Of a DNA stretch of 64,000 nt, positions 1 to 13,104 are shown piece after piece. The position numbers and the translations under genes were made by a program. The number at the start of each line of letters is the position of its first letter. The stretch's first letter is position 1. Source of the DNA: Eledone cirrhosa (Eukaryota); contig OZ024746.1 in assembly GCA_964016885.1 (NCBI GenBank), positions 100,998,001-101,062,000 on the forward strand. The letters are read 5' to 3'. The notes below the pieces were generated by a model. That model was not told the DNA's origin. It saw nothing but the letters and a program-made list of their open reading frames with translations, and searched no databases.

Positions 1-210
1 GCAGTATCGGTAGATGGTTGGATGCCATGCTAGGGTGGTGGGTTGGCAGTATCGGTAGATGGTTGGATGCCATACTAGGGTGGTGGGTTGGCAGTATCGG
101 TAGAGGGTCGGACGCCATGTTAGGGTGTGGATTGGCAGTATTGGTAGAGGGTCGGACGCCATGCTAGGGTGGTGGGTTGGCAGTATCGGTAGAGGGTCAG
201 ACACCATGCT
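1..210 (+). repeat. Tandem 45-bp amplification of a SINE 5' head (at least 4.5 copies, runs off the window edge)
   Basis: Unit GCAGTATCGGTAGAnGGTYGGAYGCCATGCTAGGGTGGTGGGTTG starts at 1, 46, 91, 135 and 180. The last unit continues into a full SINE body. Confidence 0.9.
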
Positions 211-385
211 TTGACGCATAGAGTTACGACTTTTTATGATCCGAGTTCAAATCCCGAGGTTAACTATGCCTTTCATCCTTACGGGGTCGATAAAATAGAG
301 TACCAGTCACGCACTGAGGTTGATTTAATCGACTTTCCCCTCCCTCAAAATTGCTGGCCTTGTGCCTATATGAGAAACAGTTATT
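167..385 (+). mobile_element. tRNA-derived SINE, family A
   Basis: A-box-like TGGCAGTATCGG, B-box GAGTTCAAATCC, conserved body GCCTTTCATCCTTACGGGGTCGATAAAAT. More than 10 related copies in this window. Confidence 0.85.
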
Positions 386-417
386 TCACTGTTGACTATC
401 TTGCTATGATTAACAAA

Positions 418-3400
418 CCAACACCACAACACACCTACCAACTACTCATCACTACACCACAACACACCTATCAACTACTCATCACTACACAACACACCTA
501 CCAACTACTCATCACTACACCACAACACACCTACCAACTACTCATCACTACACAACACACCTACCAACTACTCATCACTACACCACAACACACCTATCAA
601 CTACTCATCACTACACAACACACCTATCAACTACTCATCTCTACACCACAACACACCTACCAACTACTCATCACTACACCACAACACACCTATCAACTAC
701 TCATCACTACACAACACACCTACCAACTACTCATCACTACACCACAACACACCTACCAACTACTCATCACTACACAACACACCTACCAACTACTCATCAC
801 TACACCACAACACACCTATCAACTACTCATCACTACACCACAACACACCTACCCAACTACTCATCTCTACACCACAACACACCAACCAACTACTCATCTC
901 TACACCACAACACACCAACCAACTACTCATCACTACACCACAACACACCTATCAACTACTCATCACTACACCACAACACACCTATCAACTACTCATCACT
1001 ACACCACAACACACCTATCAACTACTCATCACTACACCACAACACACCTATCAACTACTCATCACTACACCACAACACACCAACCAACTGCTCATCACTA
1101 CACCACAACACACCTATCAACTACTCATCACTACACCACAACACACCTATCAACTACTCATCACTACACCACAACACACCTACCAACTACTCATCACTAC
1201 ACCACAACACACCTATCAACTACTCATCACTACACCACAACACACCTACCAACTACTCATCACTACACCACAACACACCTATCAACTACTCATCACTACA
1301 CCACAACACACCTACCAACTACTCATCACTACACCACAACACACCTATCAACTACTCATCACTACACCACAACACACCTACCAACTACTCATCACTACAC
1401 CACAACACACCAACCAACTACTCATCACTACACAACACACCAACCAACTACTCATCACTACACCACATCACACCAACTACTCATCACTACACCACAACAC
1501 ACCTACCAACTACTCATCACTACACCACAACACACCAACCAACTACTCATCACTACACCACAACACACCAACCAACTACTCATCACTACACCACAACACA
1601 CCTACCAACTACTCATCACTACACCACAACACACCTACCAACTACTCATCACTACACCACAACACACCTACCAACTACTCATCACTACACCACAACACAC
1701 CAACCAACTACTCATCACTACACCACAACACACGTATCAACTACTCATCACTAAACCACAACACACCAACCAACTACTCATCACTACACAACACACCAAC
1801 CAACCACAAATCACTAAACCACAACACACCTACCAACTACTCATCACTACACCACAACACACCAACCAACTACTCATCACTACACCACAACACACCAACC
1901 AACTACTCATCTCTACACCACAACACACCAACCAACTACGCATCACTACACCACAACACACCAACCAACTACGCATCACTACACCACAACACACATACCA
2001 ACTACTCATCACTACACCACAACACACCTACCAACTACTCATCACTACACCACAACACACCTATCAACTACTCATCTCTACACCACAACACACCTACCAA
2101 CTACTCATCACTACACAACACACCAACCAACTACTCATCACTACACCACAACACACCAACCAACTACTCATCACTACACCACAACACACCTATCAACTAC
2201 TCATCTCTACACCACAACACACCTACCAACTACTCATCACTACACAACACACCAACCAACTACTCATCACTACACCACAACACACCAACCAACTACTCAT
2301 CACTACACCACAACACACCTACCAACTACTCATCACTACACAACACACCAACCAACTACTCATCACTACACCACAACACACCAACCAACTACTCATCACT
2401 ACACCACAACACACCTATCAACTACTCATCTCTACACCACAACACACCAACCAACTACTCATCACTACACCACAACACACCAACCAACTACTCATCACTA
2501 CACCACAACACACCTATCAACTACTCATCACTACACCACAACACACCAACCAACTACTCATCACTACACCACAACACACCTATCAACTACTCATCTCTAC
2601 ACCACAACACACCTACCAACTACTCATCACTACACCACAACACACCTATCAACTACTCATCACTACACCACAACACACGTATCAACTACTCATCTCTACA
2701 CCACAACACACCAACCAACTACTCATCACTACACCACAACACACCTACCAACTACTCATCACTACACAATACACCAACCAACTACTCATCTCTACACCAC
2801 AACACACCTACCAACTACTCATCACTACACAACACACCAACCAACTACTCATCACTACACCACAACACACCTATCAACTACTCATCTCTACACCACAACA
2901 CACCTACCAACTACTCATCACTACACCACAACACACCAACCAACTACTCATCACTACACCACAACACACCTATCAACTACTCATCACTACACCACAACAC
3001 ACCAACCAACTACTCATCACTACACCACAACACACCAACCAACTACTCATCACTACACCACAACACACCTATCAACTACTCATCTCTACACCACAACACA
3101 CCAACCAACTACTCATCACTACACCACAACACACCTACCAACTACTCATCACTACACAACACACCAACCAACTACTCATCACTACACCACAACACACCTA
3201 CCCAACTACTCATCACTACATCACAACACACCTACCCAACTACTCATCACTACACCACAACACACCTATCAACTACTCATCACTACACCACAACACACCT
3301 ATCAACTACTCATCACTACACCACAACACACCTATCAACTACTCATCACTACACCACAACACACCAACCAACTACTCATCACTACACCACAACACACCTA

Positions 3401-6400
3401 TCAACTACTCATCACTACACCACAACACACCAACCAACTACTCATCACTACACCACAACACACCTACCCAACTACACCACAACACACCTACCCAACTACT
3501 CAACAACACACCTATCAACTACTCATCACTACACCACAACACACCTACCCAACTACTCATCACTACACCACAACACACCTATCAACTACTCATCGCTACA
3601 CCACAACACACCAACCAACTACTCATCACTACACCACAACACACCTATCAACTACTCATCACTACACCACAACACACCAACCAACTACGCATCACTACAC
3701 CACAACACACCAACCAACTACTCATCACTACACCACAACACACCAACCAACTACTCATCACTACACCACAACACACCAACCAACTACTCATCACTACACC
3801 ACAACACACCAACCAACTACGCATCACTACACCACAACACACCAACCAACTACTCATCACTACACCACAACACACCTATCAACTACTCATCACTACACCA
3901 CAACACACCAACCAACTACTCATCACTACACCACAACACACCAACCAACTACTCATCACTACACCACAACACACCTATCAACTACGCATCACTACACCAC
4001 AACACACCAACCAACTACGCATCACTACACCACAACACACCAACCAACTACTCATCACTACACCACAACACACCTACCAACTACTCATCACTACACCACA
4101 ACACACCAACCAACTACTCATCACTACACCACAACACACCAACCAACTACGCATCACTACACCACAACACACCTACCAACTACTCATCACTACACCACAA
4201 CACACCAACCAACTACGCATCACTACACCACAACACACCTACCAACTACTCATCACTACACCACAACACACCTACCAACTACTCATCACTACACCACAAC
4301 ACACCAACCAACTACTCATCACTACACCACAACACACCAACCAACTACTCATCACTACACCACAACACACCTATCAACTACTCATCACTACACCACAACA
4401 CACCTATCAACTACTCATCACTACACCACAACACACCAACCAACTACTCATCACTACACCACAACACACCAACCAACTACTCATCACTACACCACAACAC
4501 ACCTATCAACTACTCATCACTACACCACAACACACCTATCAACTACTCATCACTACACCACAACACACCAACCAACTACTCATCACTACACCACAACACA
4601 CCAACCAACTACTCATCACTACACCACAACACACCAACCAACTACTCATCACTACACCACAACACACCTATCAACTACTCATCACTACACCACAACACAC
4701 CTATCAACTACTCATCACTACACCACAACACACCAACCAACTACTCATCACTACACCACAACACACCTATCAACTACTCATCACTACACCACAACACACC
4801 AACCAACTACTCATCACTACACCACAACACACCAACCAACTACTCATCACTACACTACAACACACCAACCAACTACTCATCACTACACCACAACACACCA
4901 ACCAACTACTCATCACTACACCACAACACACCAACCAACTACTCATCACTACACTACAACACACCAACCAACTACTCATCACTACACCACAACACACCAA
5001 CCAACTACTCATCACTACACCACAACACACCAACCAACTACTCATCACTACACCACAACACACCAACCAACTACTCATCACTACACCACAACACACCTAC
5101 CAACTACTCATCACTACACCACAACACACCAACCAACTACTCATCACTACACCACAACACACCAACCAACTACTCATCACTACACCACAACACACCTATC
5201 AACTACTCATCACTACACCACAACACACCAACCAACTACTCATCACTACACCACAACACACCAACCAACTACTCATCACTACACCACAACACACCTATCA
5301 ACTACTCATCTCTACACCACAACACACCTACCAACTACTCATCACTACACCACAACACACCAACCAACTACTCATCACTACACCACAACACACCAACTAC
5401 TCATCACTACACCACAACACACCAACTACTCATCACTACACTACAACACACCAACCAACTACGCATCACTACACCACAACACACCTATCAACTACTCATC
5501 ACTACACCACAACACACCTATCAACTACTCATCACTACACCACAACACACCTATCAACTACTCATCACTACACCACAACACACCAACCAACTACGCATCA
5601 CTACACCACAACACACCAACCAACTACTCATCACTACACCACAACACACCTACCAACTACTCATCACTACACCACAACACACCAACCAACTACTCATCAC
5701 TACACCACAACACACCAACCAACTACTCATCACTACACCACAACACACCTATCAACTACTCATCACTACACCACAACACACCTATCAACTACTCATCACT
5801 ACACCACAACACACCTATCAACTACTCATCACTACACCACAACACACCTATCAACTACTCATCACTACACCACAACACACCTATCACCTACTCATCACTA
5901 CACCACAACACACCTACCCAACTACTCATCACTACACCACAACACACCAACCAACTACTCATCACTACACCACAACACACCAACCAACTACTCATCACTA
6001 CACCACAACACACCTACCAACTACTCATCACTACACCACAACACACCAACCAACTACGCATCACTACACCACAACACACCAACCAACTACTCATCACTAC
6101 ACCACAACACACCAACCAACTACTCATCACTACACCACAACACACCAACCAACTACTCATCACTACACCACAACACACCAACCAACTACTCATCACTACA
6201 CCACAACACACCTATCAACTACTCATCACTACACCACAACACACCTATCAACTACTCATCACTACACCACAACACACCTATCAACTACTCATCTCTACAC
6301 CACAACACACCAACCAACTACTCATCACTACACCACAACACACCAACCAACTACTCATCACTACACCACAACACACCTATCAACTACTCATCTCTACACC

Positions 6401-9231
6401 ACAACACACCAACCAACTACTCATCACTACACCACAACACACCAACCAACTACTCATCACTACACCACAACACACCAACCAACTACGCATCACTACACCA
6501 CAACACACCTACCAACTACTCATCACTACACCACAACACACCAACCAACTACGCATCACTACACCACAACACACCTACCAACTACTCATCACTACACCAC
6601 AACACACCAACCAACTACTCATCACTACACCACAACACACCAACCAACTACTCATCACTACACCACAACACACCTATCAACTACTCATCACTACACCACA
6701 ACACACCTATCAACTACTCATCACTACACCACAACACACCAACCAACTACTCATCACTACACCACAACACACCAACCAACTACTCATCACTACACCACAA
6801 CACACCTATCAACTACTCATCACTACACCACAACACACCTATCAACTACTCATCACTACACCACAACACACCAACCAACTACTCATCACTACACCACAAC
6901 ACACCAACCAACTACTCATCACTACACCACAACACACCAACCAACTACTCATCACTACACCACAACACACCTATCAACTACTCATCACTACACCACAACA
7001 CACCTATCAACTACTCATCACTACACCACAACACACCAACCAACTACTCATCACTACACCACAACACACCTATCAACTACTCATCACTACACCACAACAC
7101 ACCTATCAACTACTCATCACTACACCACAACACACCAACCAACTACTCATCACTACACCACAACACACCAACCAACTACTCATCACTACACTACAACACA
7201 CCAACCAACTACTCATCACTACACCACAACACACCAACCAACTACTCATCACTACACCACAACACACCAACCAACTACTCATCACTACACTACAACACAC
7301 CAACCAACTACTCATCACTACACCACAACACACCAACCAACTACTCATCACTACACCACAACACACCAACCAACTACTCATCACTACACCACAACACACC
7401 TATCAACTACTCATCACTACACCACAACACACCTATCAACTACTCATCACTACACCACAACACACCAACCAACTACTCATCACTACACCACAACACACCT
7501 ATCAACTACTCATCACTACACCACAACACACCTATCAACTACTCATCACTACACCACAACACACCAACCAACTACTCATCACTACACCACAACACACCAA
7601 CCAACTACTCATCACTACACCACAACACACCAACCAACTACTCATCACTACACCACAACACACCAACCAACTACTCATCACTACACCACAACACACCTAT
7701 CAACTACTCATCACTACACCACAACACACCAACCAACTACTCATCACTACACCACAACACACCTATCAACTACTCATCTCTACACCACAACACACCTACC
7801 AACTACTCATCACTACACCACAACACACCAACCAACTACTCATCACTACACCACAACACACCAACTACTCATCACTACACTACAACACACCAACCAACTA
7901 CGCATCACTACACCACAACACACCTATCAACTACTCATCACTACACCACAACACACCAACCAACTACGCATCACTACACCACAACACACCAACCAACTAC
8001 TCATCACTACACCACAACACACCTACCAACTACTCATCACTACACCACAACACACCAACCAACTACTCATCACTACACCACAACACACCTATCAACTACT
8101 CATCACTACACCACAACACACCTATCAACTACTCATCACTACACCACAACACACCTATCAACTACTCATCACTACACCACAACACACCTATCAACTACTC
8201 ATCACTACACCACAACACACCTATCAACTACTCATCACTACACCACAACACACCTATCAACTACTCATCACTACACCACAACACACCTATCACCTACTCA
8301 TCACTACACCACAACACACCTACCCAACTACTCATCACTACACCACAACACACCAACCAACTACTCATCACTACACCACAACACACCAACCAACTACTCA
8401 TCACTACACCACAACACACCTACCAACTACTCATCACTACACCACAACACACCAACCAACTACGCATCACTACACCACAACACACCAACCAACTACTCAT
8501 CACTACACCACAACACACCAACCAACTACTCATCACTACACCACAACACACCAACCAACTACTCATCACTACACCACAACACACCTATCAACTACTCATC
8601 ACTACACCACAACACACCTATCAACTACTCATCACTACACCACAACACACCTATCAACTACTCATCACTACACCACAACACACCTATCAACTACTCATCT
8701 CTACACCACAACACACCAACCAACTACTCATCACTACACCACAACACACCAACCAACTACTCATCACTACACCACAACACACCTATCAACTACTCATCTC
8801 TACACCACAACACACCAACCAACTACTCATCACTACACCACAACACACCAACCAACTACTCATCACTACACCACAACACACCTACCCAACTACTCATCAC
8901 TACACCACAACACACCTATCAACTACTCATCACTACACCACAACACACCTATCAACTACTCATCACTACACCACAACACACCTATCAACTACTCATCTCT
9001 ACACCACAACACACCAACCAACTACTCATCACTACACCACAACACACCAACCAACTACTCATCACTACACCACAACACACCTATCAACTACTCATCACTA
9101 CACCACAACACACCAACCAACTACTCATCACTACACCACAACACACCAACCAACTACTCATCTCTACACCACAACACACCAACCAACTACTCATCACTAC
9201 ACCACAACACACCAACCAACTACTCATCTCT
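418..9231. repeat. About 8.8-kb minisatellite, 33-bp unit ACACCACAACACACC(TAT/TAC/AAC)CAACTACTCATCACT
   Basis: Direct tandem periodicity. The + strand is almost free of G. Translates as 11-aa repeats in all frames. Confidence 0.97.
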
Positions 9232-9519
9232 ATAGTTGGTGACCCACACTACCATCCTTCATTTCTATTACATTGGTGACTCCATTCTAAAAATACATCA
9301 TAAGGTGATGAAACAACTTAACCATCTACCAAATAAAGTAAACTAAAATATTTACATGGTTTCATGTGAACCTGTACAGTAACATGCCTCATGACTTCAG
9401 AATCGAAACTATTCAACACTGGCTAAACACATTACCCCATCAGCTACCAGACCGTATTAACAGAAATTTCGTCATAGGAAACTCTTGAATCTGTAGTGAC
9501 CTACATTCTGATGGCTCTT

Positions 9520-10285
9520 GAATACACTGCCAATATTACATGGAAGTGAAACATGGGCACTGCATGCCATGGGCCTACGAGATTGGAAAGAAATGAAGCC
9601 TGCATGCTCCAATGGATATGTAACTGTACTGTGCTTGAACGGTGAAACGTAAATGAATTGAGAGTGAAACTGGACATAAGAGGGATTAGATGGTGTATGC
9701 AGGAGAGAAGATTGCAGTGGTATGGGCATGTGATGTGCATTACGGATGACAGTGTATAAAAAGGGCAGTCGCTGTTGTATGATGCTCCGAAAGAGGAAGA
9801 CATGGGATGTAACAATAAAGGCTCACTTGAACCTCTCAAGAGAGATGAGACAAGACCAAGACCTGAGTCGACAACCCAGTTTAGCCCACTCCATAAACAT
9901 GGTTTGTGCTTAGGAAGGGCATTAAGCAGTTGTGAAATCCCAGCCAAAAACACAATCACGCTATGAGCAAGGTCTGATGCAGTTAACTGGCCAGACCTAC
10001 CTCATTATGGGTCAACCAAATACAAATCTGCTTATGAGCAGGGTATGGCGTGGCCAACTAGCTAGTTCCCCCATATAATGAGACCACCCAGTTCCACACT
10101 GTAAGTGTAGTTGGTATTAGGAAGGGCATCCAACTGTAAAGAAACTGGCCAAAATACAGTTCCATTTGAGTAAGGTATGGTGCGGCAACTGGCTAGACTT
10201 GTATCATAATATAGACAAACCGTCTGGCCCATGCAAGCATAAAAAATAAAATAAGATGTTAAATGATGATGATGATGATGATGAC
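9520..10285 (+). mobile_element. Decayed RTE LINE 3' fragments ending in a (GAT)n tail
   Basis: Remnant HGSETW..LRRLERNEACMLQW..RLQWYGHV. 3'UTR motif GGAAGGGCATCCA. (GAT)n at about 10263-10284. Confidence 0.7.
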
Positions 10286-10859
10286 ATCGTTCAACTGTAA
10301 TTTCAATTTTAAAAATGATTTAGAAAATAAAAGTAGGATTGATATTTCATTTTATTTTTAAAAATGTGTTCTGAATATGATAATTTCAAATGCTACAAAC
10401 GAAGTTATAAAAATATAAAATTGTCATGAAAATATAAACGAATGAAGATTCTTACATTTTTTTTCTCTTTTAATTGTAATAAGTGTCATGTAAATGATGT
10501 TTATATGATCAATCCTTTTTCATTTTTTCTCAATTTTTAAAAATATAATATAATATATATATATATATTTATGTATATATATATGATGTAAGAAATAGAT
10601 ATGTTTTTCATCAGAGACATTTTGGAAAAGTGACTCAAATTATATGATTATGAAAAAAAAGTTGGTTTTACTATTGGAAAACATATTTACATTGCTTTTG
10701 TGATATATAAAATGAGTTGCCTGTATAAACATTACAGTCAATATAGTTTTTTTTAATATGAAATAAGATTATAGGTAACGTATATACATTCCCATTACTA
10801 ACTAGTATAAAAGTTTAATACATTTCTTTTTCTTCTGTAATTACAAAATTCTTGCCAAC

Positions 10860-10926
10860 TTAAATCTCTGATTCAGAGGATGTATCAACTTTTACATCTC
10901 TAGAATCATCTGAAGATGTTGGTTGC
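10860..10926 (-). CDS. Gene 1, exon 5 (last coding exon): (R)QPTSSDDSRDVKVDTSSESEI*
   Basis: Acceptor ttctttaatttccag. Phase 2 matches the end of exon 4. TAA at 10862-10860 followed by an AT-rich 3'UTR-like region. Confidence 0.8.
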
Positions 10927-11089
10927 CTGGAAATTAAAGAACATTTTTTTTTAATTATTTCTCAAAGATTTTTATGCATGCATAATATAACAGAACATAT
11001 GCCTACTATTGGGTAATAAAATTAATTTATCTTTTATTGGTTTCATGCATCAAGTTGTTTTTTGTGAAACAGTCGGTCCACACACAAAT

Positions 11090-11228
11090 ATATGATGGCT
11101 GCTTCTGTTTTTGTTTACCACTGACAAAGCATTCGTCAACCCGAGGTTAGAAGACACTTTCCACACTGAGCTTAAACCCCAAATCACATGGCTGTGAAGC
11201 AAACTCCTTAACCACACAGCCATGCCTG
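11090..11228 (-). mobile_element. Degenerate tRNA-derived SINE fragment
   Basis: Minus strand begins AGGCATGGCTGTGTGGTTAAGGAG (A-box-like), followed by a decayed B-box. Confidence 0.5.
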
Positions 11229-11861
11229 TTTTAGTTTGAAAATAATTTACATTTTTGTGAGTTTATATCATTTCGTAATGAATTTTTTTAAAATTGATAT
11301 AACTAAAAAGTGAAAATCAAACATTATCATCCCACTACCAAAGAAATGAGACATGTGCCACTGAAATAGTAATCCTGGATATTACAACATTTATACAATG
11401 TGTCCATGTGTAGTTTTGTTGTATCAATGCTGATTGAGACTTGACAAAACTGCCAAAATTGCTATTTTTTGTCAAACCCCTTGAAGGATTTAAATCTCAA
11501 AATTATAAAAAGATTAGAAGCATGTATTCTTGTATAAATTAATTAGCCCATCGTGGTGTATCAAGTAATTTTTATAATAAAGTCATTTTCAGGCAAAACT
11601 AAAATATGCTTTGTGCCATACACATATCTACATAGTAGCTCAAACATATTAAGATATCCACATTTGATGCTTTCAATAAAGTCAATGTATAAAGCAGTTA
11701 AATCTAAAGTTTTGGAAATGTAAACTTGATGAATAATTTACAATTATTAAAAATATATTTTGCGGGCTTGGGTTATGTAATTCTAAATTAATGGATGTAA
11801 ATTACATAAGTAAATTCACTTTGTTAATTTGTTCAAATCCTAAAAAGAAATGTTTACAAAC

Positions 11862-12385
11862 CTAGAACCTTGTTGGGAATGAGGTTGGTATCCTCGGGGG
11901 TCGTAATCAATTCTGTCCTTTCGATGGGGTTCATGTCGCATTGGACCTCCTCTACTTCCTCTAGGTTGATAAAACTGGTCAAATGGTGGAGCACCTCTAG
12001 CCATACCCCTCGGCGCACCTCTAGGCATACCCCTAGGGGCACCTCTAGGCATACCCCTAGGGGCACCTCTAGGCATACCCCTCGGTGCACCCCTCGGCAT
12101 ACCTCTAGGCATACCTCTAGGTCCACCTCTAGGCATACCCCTAGGTGGACCTCGAAACCTTTCATCTGGTTGGCTTCCGCCATCTCTGATATCTTGACTC
12201 CTAGAACTATCACTTTTGTCATCAGTGTCAACATCTTGAATTCTGGGTTGAAAATGTGGATCTCTTCGACCTCGTACGCTTCTGTTCACTTGTTTATCAA
12301 TAGAATCTTGTGAAGAAGCCCGTGACTTTTCAGATTTATAACTGTGTCTGCTCACGTCTCCCATCGACCCAATGCTATGTTTTGT
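11862..12385 (-). CDS. Gene 1, exon 4: S/R/D-rich disordered region with 14 RG-x-P repeats
   Basis: Acceptor tcttttaatatag at 12386-12387. 524-nt open exon (TKHSIGSMGDVSRH...QQGS). Donor AG|gtttgt at 11861. Phases 0 to 2 fit the neighbouring exons. Confidence 0.85.
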
Positions 12386-12671
12386 CTATATTAAAAGATA
12401 TAAGTAAACCATATTAAAAAATATATACAACTGCATATTACATGAAACTTTTCTATATCTATGAAATATTTTCTAGAATACATTTGTTTATAGATTAAAT
12501 TAACATACTCTTTTACTCTTGCCTGTTCCAGCCATCTGGCTGAGGCCATGCTGGGGCACTGCATAACTTTCTTTTGCATGGATATCAGAGCAGAAGAAAT
12601 AGGTTGAATTTTAAAAAGTTAAAATCCTAATTTTTCCAAGACATGATAATTATACAGTTAATTGGATATAT

Positions 12672-12853
12672 AATAATTGTTTCTACCATTGGCACAAGGC
12701 CAGCAATTACCCAGTAGATTACTGGTACTTTATTTTATCGACCCCGTAAGGCTGAAAGGCAAAGTTAACCTCGGCGGGATTTGAACTCAGAATGGCAAGG
12801 GCCGTAACTCTATGCGTCAAAGCATGGCGTCCGACCCTCTACCGATACTGCCA
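12672..12853 (-). mobile_element. SINE family A
   Basis: Reverse-complement match to the copy at 167-385. Confidence 0.85.
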
Positions 12854-12916
12854 GTATATATATATATATATAACAACGTCAGGTATATATAACATTGTAA
12901 GGTATATATATATATA

Positions 12917-13102
12917 ATAATTGTTTCTACTTTTGGCACAAGGCCAGCAATTACCCAATACATTACTGGTACTTTGCTTACATCCTTACGGGGTCGATAA
13001 ATTAAAGTTGACCTCGGCGGGATTTGAACTCAGACCGTAAAGGGACGTAACTATGCTGGAAAGCATGATGTCCGACTCTCTACCGATACTGCCAATCCAC
13101 CG
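12917..13102 (-). mobile_element. SINE family A
   Basis: Second adjacent copy in the same orientation. Confidence 0.85.
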
Positions 13103-13104
13103 CA

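Noticed and set aside
211-9279. 3022-aa ORF as a mucin-like or His-rich protein
   Set aside because: It starts at a TTG inside a SINE and is open only because the repeat unit lacks stop codons. It drifts through all three frames.
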